This document shows positions 1-8,636 of a stretch of DNA of 64,000 bases, one piece after another. Position 1 is the stretch's first letter, and every line of letters starts with the position of its first letter. The translations under genes and the position numbers were made by a program. Origin of the DNA: Candidatus Nealsonbacteria bacterium (GTDB taxonomy: Bacteria > Patescibacteriota > Minisyncoccia > Minisyncoccales > MHMH01); contig JACPGX010000001.1 of assembly GCA_016188865.1 (NCBI GenBank), forward strand, positions 13,197-77,196, written 5' to 3'. The notes beneath the pieces were generated by a model. That model was given only the letters and a program-made list of their open reading frames with translations. It did no database searches and was not told the DNA's origin.

Positions 1-224
1 GCGTGATTCTTAAGACCGATGATTCTAATCAGAGTTCTAATGGATCTGGCAGTAGAACCTTCGCGGCCTACCACTTGACCCATGTCTTCGGGGTGGACTC
101 TTAAAGAGAGCAACACGCCCATTTCGTCAACCTTCCTCTCAACTTTGACGTCTGAAGGATGATCGACTATAGACTTGACGACATACTCGAGAAACTCTAA
201 ATCTTGAGTTTTCTTTTCTGCCAT
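1..224 (-). CDS. khpA: KH-domain RNA-binding protein (KhpA/UPF0109 family), runs off the window edge
   Basis: Manual translation from ATG at 224: MAEKKTQDLEFLEYVVKSIVDHPSDVKVERKVDEMGVLLSLRVHPEDMGQVVGREGSTARSIRTLI, with the KH GxxG motif. TTGACA/TATAAT promoter at about 296-322. Confidence 0.85.
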   Translation of the reverse strand, partial: MAEKKTQDLEFLEYVVKSIVDHPSDVKVERKVDEMGVLLSLRVHPEDMGQVVGREGSTARSIRTLIRIIGLKNH

Positions 225-397
225 ATAATCTGTTCGATTCTTTAATCGTTAATTAATCTTTCTGATAATCGACCTTTAGCTTTACTAACAATACATTATA
301 CTCCTATTAAAAAACTTGTCAAGTGGAACGTAATATTTGCTTTCGTAAATAAACGTTCCAACAGCGTTTAAATTTTCTATGAAAATTCATTACGCTG

Positions 398-470
398 TGC
401 GCGCGGAAGGAATCGGACCTTCTACCTCCTCATTATCAGTGAGGCGTTCTAACCGGTGAACTACGCGCGC
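398..470 (-). tRNA. tRNA-Ile(GAT)
   Basis: Cloverleaf with GCGCGCG acceptor stem, anticodon loop CTGATAA and T-loop variant TCCGATT. Confidence 0.93.
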
Positions 471-493
471 ATCGTCAATGTTTATTCTATCAT

Positions 494-532
494 AAAAACA
501 AAAAGCCTGTAAAGTTTAGGCTTTTTGTTTAT
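494..532 (-). terminator. Intrinsic terminator downstream of the 16S rRNA
   Basis: Inverted repeat aaacaaaaagcct/aggctttttgttt with T tracts on both strands. Confidence 0.7.
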
Positions 533-535
533 ATT

Positions 536-557
536 TTAGTTCTTTAGAGTTGCCTCG
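536..557. repeat. 3' arm of the 16S precursor processing stem (pairs with 3469-3490)
   Basis: ttagttctttagagttgcctcg is the exact 22-nt reverse complement of cgaggcaactctaaagaactaa at 3469-3490. Confidence 0.85.
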
Positions 558-699
558 GATCGATCTTTATAAGGCGTTCGATCAATGCCTTAAAGTTGAA
601 AACAGAATTCTCGGTCTTCAACATTAGTCAACACTCCTTACTTAAAAAGTAAGTAAAATTATATGATCCACGGACAGCTTCCGCTACCCGTGCCTTGTT

Positions 700-1139
700 C
701 ATGTTTCCCCCTATATCGCTATAAGGCATGGACTATATCTTCATCCTCTTTTTTAACGTCTTAATCTTTCTCGGGTGCCAAGATCCTATTATTGTCACAA
801 ATTTCTCTTGCGAATGCGCTAAAATAAACATTCGCCAATAATCAGGGTCTATCTTTCTGCTGGGGTTATAAATCTTTCCGGTATTGGAACTGAAAGTTTC
901 ATCATGAAGTGCTCCAAGAAGATAAGCTTTAATTTCTTTTTTACTAAGAGGAGCTTGGCGTGTAGTCTCTGAGGGATCCCGCTTCGCGGGACTTCCCTGC
1001 TGATTTTCTGCACTGAAAACATTCTTACGCATATTAATTTATTTTAACATACGTAGTTTCAGATACACAGATGTTCCAGCAAATAGCCAAGTTTTTACCG
1101 AAAATTACTTTTCGGAGTCGCAACGTGCAGTTTGCACCG
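700..1139 (-). mobile_element. Group I intron in 16S rRNA after U1498 (E. coli numbering)
   Basis: Interrupts GAAGTCGT|AACAAGG. The exon ends in U and the intron ends in G. The internal guide GUUGCGACU (1116-1124) pairs with AGUCGU|AAC. P7 elements AGAGACTA (about 963-970) and ATATAGTCC (730-738). Confidence 0.9.
733..960 (-). pseudogene. Internally deleted LAGLIDADG homing endonuclease remnant in the group I intron
   Basis: KAYLLGALHDET resembles a LAGLIDADG helix, followed only by a short C-terminal segment. It lies between the two P7 strands. Confidence 0.6.
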
Positions 1140-1221
1140 ACGACTTCGTCCCTCTCACCGAGCTTAGCTTGATACCCCTTGCAGGGTGCTTTGGCTACTC
1201 CCGGCTCGCTTGACGTGACGG

Positions 1222-2096
1222 ATTGAGATCATTGAGTCTATGTCTCGTTCCCAGTTCGATTTTCTATCGAACTCTTAATTTTCCATATTAAGACTGAACG
1301 AACGGATTTCCCGTATTCAGCGAGTCCAAAAAATATGCATTTCTTTTTTCCATTGCTTAATCTGTTCAAGTCCATTTTTTGTTTGATGCCTTTTTTTTAT
1401 CACAGCATCCACGATTTTCTTAAATAATCTGAAGTCGTGAATCTTATTACCTTCTAAAGGATTGGCATCGAAAAATGGTATGATGATTTCTCGAATCTCT
1501 TGAAGTTGTGTTGTTTCGTAGCGGTAGCAATTATGATGATTCGGACGACGATCTTTTTGGAAAGAGATGCGTCCTACCCCGAAGAATTGTTTCACCTTTT
1601 TTAAAAGAGGCAAATCATCTTCCCGTAGTTTTACATAATAATGGCATTCCACTCGATAATTCTTTGCACCATGCTTTTTACTAGGCGGACGGATATAGGC
1701 AGTAAAACTGCCCTCCCCGTCGGTTAGACCAACAATGTAATTTTTCGAAATCATACTTTTTGGTTAGGCCCTTCCCCGTCACAACTTCTTAACGAAGATG
1801 TTGGCGGGTACTATGGCGCTAGCTGACTTCCTAGAACTGTAAGGACTCTATTTCTAGGATATCCCCGGGTAATTTATTCTGCTCTTCCGAGCATCCTATA
1901 AGAAAAATTGATGGACTTCCTTCTGACCGCCCGCAGAAGTCGTTCAATTTCTTTATGATATCATAGGCTGCTCTTTGCCTCAAGCCCTCTGCCCTGAACC
2001 CTTACGAGTCAGGACTGCTATTTTTTTGGCTACCCTGTTTTGCAGGGACAGGATTTTAACCTGTTAGTAGAATAAACCGCCGGGCACAGTTGTTTG
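1222..2096 (-). mobile_element. Group II intron in 16S rRNA after C1402, encoding a LAGLIDADG endonuclease
   Basis: Interrupts ACCGC|CCGTCAC. Domain V CGCTGAATACGGGAAATCCGTTCGTTCAG, 3' end ...CTCAAT, GTGCCC start motif near the 5' end, and domain III-like GAAGTCAGC..GCCATAGTA. EBS loop at 1926-1933 is complementary to the ligated junction. Confidence 0.88.
1317..1754 (-). CDS. Single-motif LAGLIDADG homing endonuclease (intron-encoded)
   Basis: N-terminal YIVGLTDGEGSF motif, plus FFGVGRI and IIPFFDANPL segments typical of the family; 145 aa. Confidence 0.92.
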   Translation of the reverse strand: MISKNYIVGLTDGEGSFTAYIRPPSKKHGAKNYRVECHYYVKLREDDLPLLKKVKQFFGVGRISFQKDRRPNHHNCYRYETTQLQEIREIIIPFFDANPLEGNKIHDFRLFKKIVDAVIKKRHQTKNGLEQIKQWKKEMHIFWTR

Positions 2097-3579
2097 GCGG
2101 TGAGTACAAGATTCAGGAACGTATTCATCGCCACATAGCTGATTGGCGATTACTAGCGATTCCGGCTTCATGAGGTCGAGTTTCAGACCTCAATCTGAAC
2201 TGGGGAGCCGTTTGATGCGATTAGCTCCAGCTTGCGCTTTAGCAACGCATTGTCGGCTCCATTGTATCATGTGTGCGGCCCAGGATGTCAAAGGGCCACG
2301 CTGATCTGGCGTCATCCCCACCTTCCTCCTGGTTGTCCCAGGCAGTCTCCTGTGACAGATAAAACACAGGATAGGGGTTGCGCATGTTATCCCATTTAAG
2401 GATGCGTCTCAAGATACATGCTGACGACGACCGTGCAGCACCTGCCACGCCGTCCTTGTGAGAAGTCCCAATTTTCATCGGGATTTCGTCGTGGTTTCTA
2501 ACCCTGGTAAGGTTCTTCGTTTGTTGTCGAATTAAGCCACATGATCCACCGCTTGTGTGAATCCCCGTCTATTCCTTTGAGTTTTAGTGTTGCCACCGTA
2601 CTTCCCAGGCGGGACACTTAACGCGTTAGCTTCGCCACTTGAAGGGTCGACACTTCAAATAGCCAGTGTCCATAGTTTACAGCGTGGACTACAAGGGTAT
2701 CTAATCCTTATCGCTCCCCACGCTTTCGTCCCTCAGTGTCAGGATCGTCCCAGCTGACTGCCTTCGCTTTTGGTGTTCCGCACGATATCAACGGATTTCA
2801 CCCCTACACCGTGCGTTCCGTCAGCCTCTAACGTCCTCGATTCTGCCAGTTTTTTCTGCAGCTCCCAGGTTGAGCCCGAGAGATTTAACAGAAAACTTAA
2901 CAAAAAACCTACGGACCCTTTACGCCCAATAAATCCGGATAACGCTCGAGGTCTCTGTATTACCGCTGCTGCTGGCACAGAGTTAGCAACCTCTTATTCC
3001 ACCAGTACAATCAGCCTTGCGGCTTTCTCCTGGTGAAAAGTAGTTTACAAACCTAAGTCCTTCTTCCTACACGCGGCGTCGCTCGATCAGGGTTTCCCCC
3101 ATTGTCGAATATTCTCGACTGCTGCCTCCCGTAGGAGTATGGGCCATGTCGCAGTCCCATTGTTGGGGGTCGCGCTCTCACGCCCCCTACCCGTCATAGC
3201 CTTGGTGGGCCATTACCTCACCAACTAGCTGATAGGCCGCAGACCCATCCCATTCCCCCTAAGCCTTACGGCCGGGTTTACCCTTGCGGGACTATCGGGA
3301 ATTAACCAACCTTTCGGCTGGTTGTGCCCGTGAATGGGGTTGGTATCTACGTGTTACTAACCCATTTGCCGGTTGCCCTTGCGGGCCCCCATGACTTGCA
3401 TGCCTTATCCACGCCGCCAGCGTTCATCCTGAGCTAGGATCAAACTCTCAAAAAAAACTTAATTTTTTCGAGGCAACTCTAAAGAACTAATTAAATTAAC
3501 TTACTAAAACTTCCCGATTTCATCATTGATGAAATCGCGGATCCTCGACCCTCGATTAAAGTCAGGGTCGGGACATTGG

Positions 3580-3592
3580 ATTTTCAAAGATC
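3580..3592 (-). promoter_or_regulatory. rrn leader boxA antitermination element
   Basis: GATCTTTGAAAAT on the minus strand, between the rRNA promoter and the 16S 5' end. Confidence 0.7.
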
Positions 3593-3721
3593 TTCCCTTC
3601 GGCTTCGCTCAGGGCAAGCCCTCTTTCAAACAAAACCAGGAAGACATCTTCCTGGAAATATATCAGGATGTCTTCTTTATTCAGTTTTGCTTATTCATTA
3701 TTCAATCATATTCTATCTTGT

Positions 3722-3749
3722 ATTATATGCCTTCCCAAAATACTGTCAA
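3722..3749 (-). promoter_or_regulatory. Sigma70 promoter of the 16S rRNA
   Basis: TTGACA-N16-TATAAT on the minus strand. Confidence 0.75.
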
Positions 3750-3817
3750 GAGTCGGTCAATCGGTCAAAAAGAAAAGGCGTTCTGTTGCCAAAACGCCTT
3801 TATATTTTTTTTCATTT

Positions 3818-4447
3818 TTATTTAGATGGGAGCACTTTTAACGGCTCCATAGTTCCGCTTTCGTAAGCCTTAAGAGCGTCCGGAGCAAGAACAATGCGAT
3901 ACATTCTATCCCGGGCCTCAACGCCCTTCAAAGATTGATCCCCAATTCTGGCCTCTAATCTTGAACTCGGAAAGCCAAGCATTCTTACCGCCTGACTTTT
4001 CACTATTCCTGTTTCTCGCCAGGAATCATATGCTCTCAGCATATCGAGCAATTTGCTTTGCGTTGCCCGATAGCCTTCTCGGCCAGCTGCAACATAATTC
4101 ACGACTTTATCGTAGACATCCAAACCAGCCAGATTCGGGTAAGCTTCCATAATGCCGGTGAAAAAAGATGAACCGACATTGAAACCGCCCTTATCGTAGC
4201 GTCCTCTTACCGCATCGGAAAGAATTTGATCTAATTTCTCCGACTTCAAGTTCGCTATTCCCAACTGCTCGTAAAATCCGCTTACATAAGCCGAGAGATA
4301 ATTCTGATTATCAAGGTACTGGGCAGTCAAACGGGTTTCGTGTTGGATACCATCATTTCTTACCCCATTCACCCAGCCGTAAAGACTTAGGCCTACAATA
4401 AGAATTATCGCGACAAATATGCCAAGACCGATTAGAACCCCTTTCAT
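3818..4447 (-). CDS. Membrane-anchored helical protein, LemA-like
   Basis: N-terminal TM helix followed by helical domains ending in a LemA-like 'MLGFP' segment; SD AGGAGG. Confidence 0.55.
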   Translation of the reverse strand: MKGVLIGLGIFVAIILIVGLSLYGWVNGVRNDGIQHETRLTAQYLDNQNYLSAYVSGFYEQLGIANLKSEKLDQILSDAVRGRYDKGGFNVGSSFFTGIMEAYPNLAGLDVYDKVVNYVAAGREGYRATQSKLLDMLRAYDSWRETGIVKSQAVRMLGFPSSRLEARIGDQSLKGVEARDRMYRIVLAPDALKAYESGTMEPLKVLPSK

Positions 4448-4488
4448 TCGCTTTCTCCTCCTTTTCGTTTTTTTTTGATTTTATTTCC

Positions 4489-5889
4489 TTACGGAGTTTT
4501 TCTCCATGTGCGCTCTCCCACCGCGATGAAAACCAGCCAAACAGGCAGGCAAACCAGAAAAGTGACAAAAAGAATCCAAAATTTCTGCTTTCCAGTCGGC
4601 TCAATTTCACCGGAAAGATAATTAAAATCCTTCATGCTGACTCTATTAAATTTTGTCTGCGGCTTATCGAGTCCCCAGATGATTCTTTCAAGCGCTCCGC
4701 CATTATGCACTCCCCGTATTTTAATCTTTTTTGAGCCATCGTCTTGCGCTGCCGTATAAAATTCTCCATTAACTGTTCCGATTACTGCATCCGGGGTCAA
4801 GGGAACATTCTCCCAAGGAAAATTACGTATCGCCACTATCATTTGTTCATTGCCTAGAGGCATTCCGGTAACCGCCCTCACCCATGCAACAGAATCGCCG
4901 TTTTTTGTCCCAACTACGACAATAATGCTATTTTTACTGATAGCATCGTCGCCAAAAACATCTTTGTTATGCCAATAAGCTTTCAAAGCAAGCAAGTAAG
5001 CGTCGGGATTGGCAGATATAGTTTCGTTCTGGACAATAACCAAATGGAGATCGCCTTGGAGTTCCATTCCTAAAGCTGCGTTGAAATACATTAAGTTCCT
5101 CTGCCAATCTCCGGCATCTTTTGGCGTATAACCGATAAACTGCGCCTTATCAGCATAGTACATATCAACAATATTGCTCTTTACCGGTGGAAGAAGTTTT
5201 AATGCATTGAACCGCTCAATTTCCGAAGAATATTGTTTCAAAATTGTCTGATCGCTTGCCAAAAGATAATTCTGATAAGTCATCCTCTTTGTGACTGGCC
5301 CGGGTTTTCCCGCGTCAAGCCGCGCTTTTACGGCCGACCAAAAAGTTGGAAAACCGCTTCCGGCTCTGTTAATCGCGTATTGAGGTATCGGTTCATATGA
5401 ACGCCAGCGATGCGCTTGCGGATTTTCCGGAAAACGATACGAATCGATAGAGTAAAACCCCAAAGTCGTATCCACGCCGAATGTCCACTCTTCGTTAGCA
5501 TATGGACAATTATGGTATCGCGTTTCAGCGCGATACTGGGTCGTGCAGTTATTTTTACTATCGCATACAGTATACGGCACCATTACCACATATGGATCGC
5601 AGGAATATGTGTTTCGACAGGGGCCGTCGCGAGAACAAGGAATCACCGTCCAAACTGCTTCTTTTTCCCAGCCATTCCAATACTCATTAAAAGAAAGATT
5701 ATTGGATTTGGCAATTTTCCATCCTATGGCTGTTACCGACGGAACAAGCGCTATACTGATAACAAGTATTCCGATGAGATATTCTTTCCATGTAATATTG
5801 TTATGATTTTTCGTTAAATCAAAAACAAATTTCAAAATAAGGCCCGCTAATCCTGTGGCAATAATAGAAAAAATCATCAAGGAAATCAT
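4489..5889 (-). CDS. Membrane protein with a Cys-rich extracytoplasmic segment and a TPM-like domain
   Basis: Two N-terminal TMs and one C-terminal TM, Cys-rich region CSRDGPCRNTYSC, KNSIIVVVG strand; SD GGAGGT. Confidence 0.6.
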   Translation of the reverse strand: MISLMIFSIIATGLAGLILKFVFDLTKNHNNITWKEYLIGILVISIALVPSVTAIGWKIAKSNNLSFNEYWNGWEKEAVWTVIPCSRDGPCRNTYSCDPYVVMVPYTVCDSKNNCTTQYRAETRYHNCPYANEEWTFGVDTTLGFYSIDSYRFPENPQAHRWRSYEPIPQYAINRAGSGFPTFWSAVKARLDAGKPGPVTKRMTYQNYLLASDQTILKQYSSEIERFNALKLLPPVKSNIVDMYYADKAQFIGYTPKDAGDWQRNLMYFNAALGMELQGDLHLVIVQNETISANPDAYLLALKAYWHNKDVFGDDAISKNSIIVVVGTKNGDSVAWVRAVTGMPLGNEQMIVAIRNFPWENVPLTPDAVIGTVNGEFYTAAQDDGSKKIKIRGVHNGGALERIIWGLDKPQTKFNRVSMKDFNYLSGEIEPTGKQKFWILFVTFLVCLPVWLVFIAVGERTWRKTP

Positions 5890-5956
5890 AAAACACCTCC
5901 GCTGCAGAATATTGTTAAATAGCTAAATTAGTATAACAAATTTGTTTATTTTGTCA

Positions 5957-6137
5957 AGCCGGAGAGAGGATTTGAACCCCCGACCTTCGCTTTACAAAAG
6001 CGTTGCCCCGCCTGCCAAAGCCTGAGCCGATGGTCGGATTTGAACCGACGACCTACTGTTTACAAAACAGTTGCTCTACCACTGAGCTACATCGGCTTAG
6101 GCTATGGCGGGCAGGTCTACCGCTGAGCTACTCCGGC
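5957..6137 (-). pseudogene. tRNA-Thr(TGT) interrupted in the D arm by a 109-nt insertion (6007-6115)
   Basis: Joining 6116-6137 to 5957-6006 gives a canonical 72-nt tRNA: GCCGGAGTAGCTCAGCGGTAGA|GCAACGCTTTTGTAAAGCG...TTCAAATC...CTCCGGC. Confidence 0.85.
6025..6096 (-). tRNA. tRNA-Thr(TGT), intact, nested inside the interrupted tRNA-Thr
   Basis: GCCGATGTAGCTCAGTGGTAGAGCAACTGTTTTGTAAACAGTAGGTCGTCGGTTCAAATCCGACCATCGGCT folds as a cloverleaf. Confidence 0.93.
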
Positions 6138-6141
6138 AGCA

Positions 6142-6495
6142 TCACAACTGCTTTCCGTCTTTGACCTTTTTGAGTTTGTCCCAATATTCGCCGTTGCTAT
6201 GGCCGTTGTGGCCGTTTCTTCTTTGGCGCAGCCACGTCAGCCAGTTGCCTGTTTTACTTTCTGTTTTAAGGGTTAAAACCCTAACCCTGGAAAGTATTTT
6301 TTCCAAATAAAGTTCGTAATCGAACTTTTGAGATCCTGGGATGCTTTTAACGCCTTTTTTGAGTATTGAAATAATTGGCCACTTCGGGAAATCATCTCCG
6401 GGCAGTTCAAGCAAGCTGGGTATTTTCTTAAATAAAATAAAACCTATGCCCAGCAAACTAAAAAATGAAAGTAATGCTAAAATAATTTCTAACAT
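6142..6495 (-). CDS. Hypothetical membrane protein
   Basis: 117-aa ORF with an N-terminal TM, overlapping the tsf stop. Confidence 0.7.
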   Translation of the reverse strand: MLEIILALLSFFSLLGIGFILFKKIPSLLELPGDDFPKWPIISILKKGVKSIPGSQKFDYELYLEKILSRVRVLTLKTESKTGNWLTWLRQRRNGHNGHSNGEYWDKLKKVKDGKQL

Positions 6496-6956
6496 TCGTT
6501 CGAATATTTTATAAGAGAATATCTAATATATCTTTTAATAGAGATATTTTCGCCAATTTTTGCAATGTTGTCATCTACTAATTCCCTGATTTTTTTGGAT
6601 TCGTCTTTAATCCACGGCTGTTCTGAAAGCGGTACGGCCTCATCGCTAAATCCAGCTATTTGCAAACATAATTCATGAGATAAATTCTGGAAGTCGGCTG
6701 ATCTGGCCACAAAATCTGTTTCGCAATTTAATTCTAAAAGCACGCCGACTTTCTTATTGGGATGGATATAGCTGTCTATAATTCCCTGATGGGTTTCTCT
6801 TGCTTTTTTCTTTTCAGCAAGTTCTTTGCCCCATTTTTTAAGAATCTCTTTGGCTTTATTAAAATCTCCACTAGCTTCTTCAAGCGCCTTTTTGCATTCA
6901 CCAACAGAAACTTCAGTTTCTTCTCTTAATTTTTTAATTGTATCAATGCTGACCAT
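6489..6956 (-). CDS. tsf: Elongation factor Ts (short form)
   Basis: IKKLREET..ECKKAL and ELNCETDFVAR motifs; follows rpsB. Confidence 0.95.
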   Translation of the reverse strand: MVSIDTIKKLREETEVSVGECKKALEEASGDFNKAKEILKKWGKELAEKKKARETHQGIIDSYIHPNKKVGVLLELNCETDFVARSADFQNLSHELCLQIAGFSDEAVPLSEQPWIKDESKKIRELVDDNIAKIGENISIKRYIRYSLIKYSNEC

Positions 6957-6962
6957 ATTTTA

Positions 6963-7661
6963 TTATTTATTTTGTTTTTTGGGCTTTGTCCCTAAAACCG
7001 CTTCTTTTACTTTTTCTAATATATATCTCACCGAGCTGGCAGCGTCATCATTAGCCGGAATAAAATAATCTGCCTGAGAGGGGTCAATATTCGTATCGGA
7101 AATACCGATAACCGTAATTCCCTTGGCCTTTGCTTCCCTAACCGCTAATTTATCCTTTTTCATGTCGCATACAAAAATGACATCGGGCAGCTGCTGCAAA
7201 TTCTTGATGCCGCTGAATTTTTTCTCCAAATCCTGAAGCTCTTTATCGAAGTTGGCCCGTTCTTTTTTGGTGTATTTTTCCAGCTCGCCAGTTGCTTTTT
7301 TGTTTTCTATATCTTTATAGTATTCAATTCTCTTAAGAATATTATGAAAATTAGTAAATGTGCCGCCCAGCCACCTCTCGGAAACATAAGGCAAGCCGCA
7401 TTCTTCGGCTGTTTTTTTCACTAAATCTTTAATTTGAATTTTTGTCCCTACCAGTAAAATCATTTTATTGTCAGAAATCATCTTGACAATTAAATCTAAA
7501 ACTTCCTGTAGTTTTTCTTTTGTTTTATCCAAATCAAAAATATGAACGCCGTTTCTTGCGCCGAAAATATACGGTTTCATTTTGGGGTGAATTTTTGATG
7601 TTTTATGCCCAAAATACAAACCCGCTTGCGCCATTTGTTCTGTATCTAGTGTTTTGGCCAT
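6963..7661 (-). CDS. rpsB: 30S ribosomal protein S2
   Basis: AGLYFGH..HPKM, RWLGGTFTN, DTNIDP and PANDD motifs. Confidence 0.97.
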   Translation of the reverse strand: MAKTLDTEQMAQAGLYFGHKTSKIHPKMKPYIFGARNGVHIFDLDKTKEKLQEVLDLIVKMISDNKMILLVGTKIQIKDLVKKTAEECGLPYVSERWLGGTFTNFHNILKRIEYYKDIENKKATGELEKYTKKERANFDKELQDLEKKFSGIKNLQQLPDVIFVCDMKKDKLAVREAKAKGITVIGISDTNIDPSQADYFIPANDDAASSVRYILEKVKEAVLGTKPKKQNK

Positions 7662-7719
7662 CAATTTTGAATATACCAAAAACTCAACAAGTAGTCAATA
7701 ATGTGATATAATCAAATCA

Positions 7720-8412
7720 TTGAAGAAAAGAAATCCAACCATAGTTATAAGCTTGGGCGGGTCGATTATTGTGCCGGGGGAAATACAAGCAGAATTTATT
7801 AAAAATTTCAGGGATTTTATTTTTAAATTTTTGAAAAGGGGTTATAGGTTTATAATCGTAACTGGCGGAGGAAGCATTGCCAGGAATTATATCAAAGCTG
7901 CTTCGGAAATTACCAAAACTTCAGACGAAGATAAGGACTGGCTGGGAATTCACGCCACAAAGATAAATGCCCAGCTTATCAAAACTGTTTTCAAAAAGGT
8001 CGCTTATCCAACTATTTTAAGCAACCCGTTGAAGAAAATTAACGAAAGAAAATATCGGCTTTTTATCGCTTCCGGCTGGAAGCCGGGCTGGTCAACCGAC
8101 TACATTACGGTTTTGCTGGCTAAAAGATTTAAAGCTGATAAAATCATCAATGCTTCGAATATTGATTACGTCTACGATAAAAATCCTTTAACAGAAAAAA
8201 ATGCGCGGCCAATTAAAAAAATGGGCTGGAACGATTACCGCAAAATAATCGGCTCTAAATGGAAGCCGGGCATGAAGGCTCCCATTGATCCTGTTGCCGC
8301 TAAATTAGCTTCCAAACTAAAAATGGGCATTATTGTCGCAAGGGGCACAAATTTAAAAAATTTAGGAAACATCTTGACAAATAAAAAATTTAAAGGCACA
8401 ATGATCACATGA
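7720..8412 (+). CDS. pyrH: UMP kinase (archaeal-type)
   Basis: [21 protein letters not shown] and VYDKNP motifs. Confidence 0.9.
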   Translation: MKKRNPTIVISLGGSIIVPGEIQAEFIKNFRDFIFKFLKRGYRFIIVTGGGSIARNYIKAASEITKTSDEDKDWLGIHATKINAQLIKTVFKKVAYPTILSNPLKKINERKYRLFIASGWKPGWSTDYITVLLAKRFKADKIINASNIDYVYDKNPLTEKNARPIKKMGWNDYRKIIGSKWKPGMKAPIDPVAAKLASKLKMGIIVARGTNLKNLGNILTNKKFKGTMIT

Positions 8413-8636
8413 AAAAAGATATACACCCAAAATACTATTCCAATGCCAGAGTGCAGTGCGCTTGCGGAAATACTTTTACCGTTGGCTCGACAAAAGAGCT
8501 GATTGAAACGGAAATCTGCTCTGCCTGCCATCCTCTTTATACCGGCAAAGAGAAACTGATTGATACGATGGGCAGAGTGGAAAAATTCCGAAAGAGATTA
8601 GCCAAAGCTCAGAATGTCAAACATAGAAAGCATTAA
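8409..8636 (+). CDS. rpmE: 50S ribosomal protein L31
   Basis: [13 protein letters not shown] and [11 protein letters not shown]. Confidence 0.97.
   Translation: MKKDIHPKYYSNARVQCACGNTFTVGSTKELIETEICSACHPLYTGKEKLIDTMGRVEKFRKRLAKAQNVKHRKH

Larger units (their letters stand above)
657..3455 (-). rRNA. rrs: 16S rRNA gene with two introns (exons about 657-699, 1140-1221 and 2097-3455)
   Basis: Conserved motifs AGAGTTTGATCCTAGCTCAG, ACTCCTACGGGAGGCAGCAG, GTGCCAGCAGCAGCGGTAA, TTGTACTCACCGC|CCGTCA and AAGTCGT|AACAAGG. The exons sum to about 1480 nt. Exact ends are estimated. Confidence 0.97.

Noticed and set aside
2239..3036. ORFs 2239-2478, 2739-2978 and 2770-3036
   Set aside because: They lie within the 16S rRNA and are chance frames.
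3526..3866. Plus-strand ORFs of 99 and 96 aa
   Set aside because: They overlap the rRNA leader, promoter and palindromic elements and show no protein motifs.
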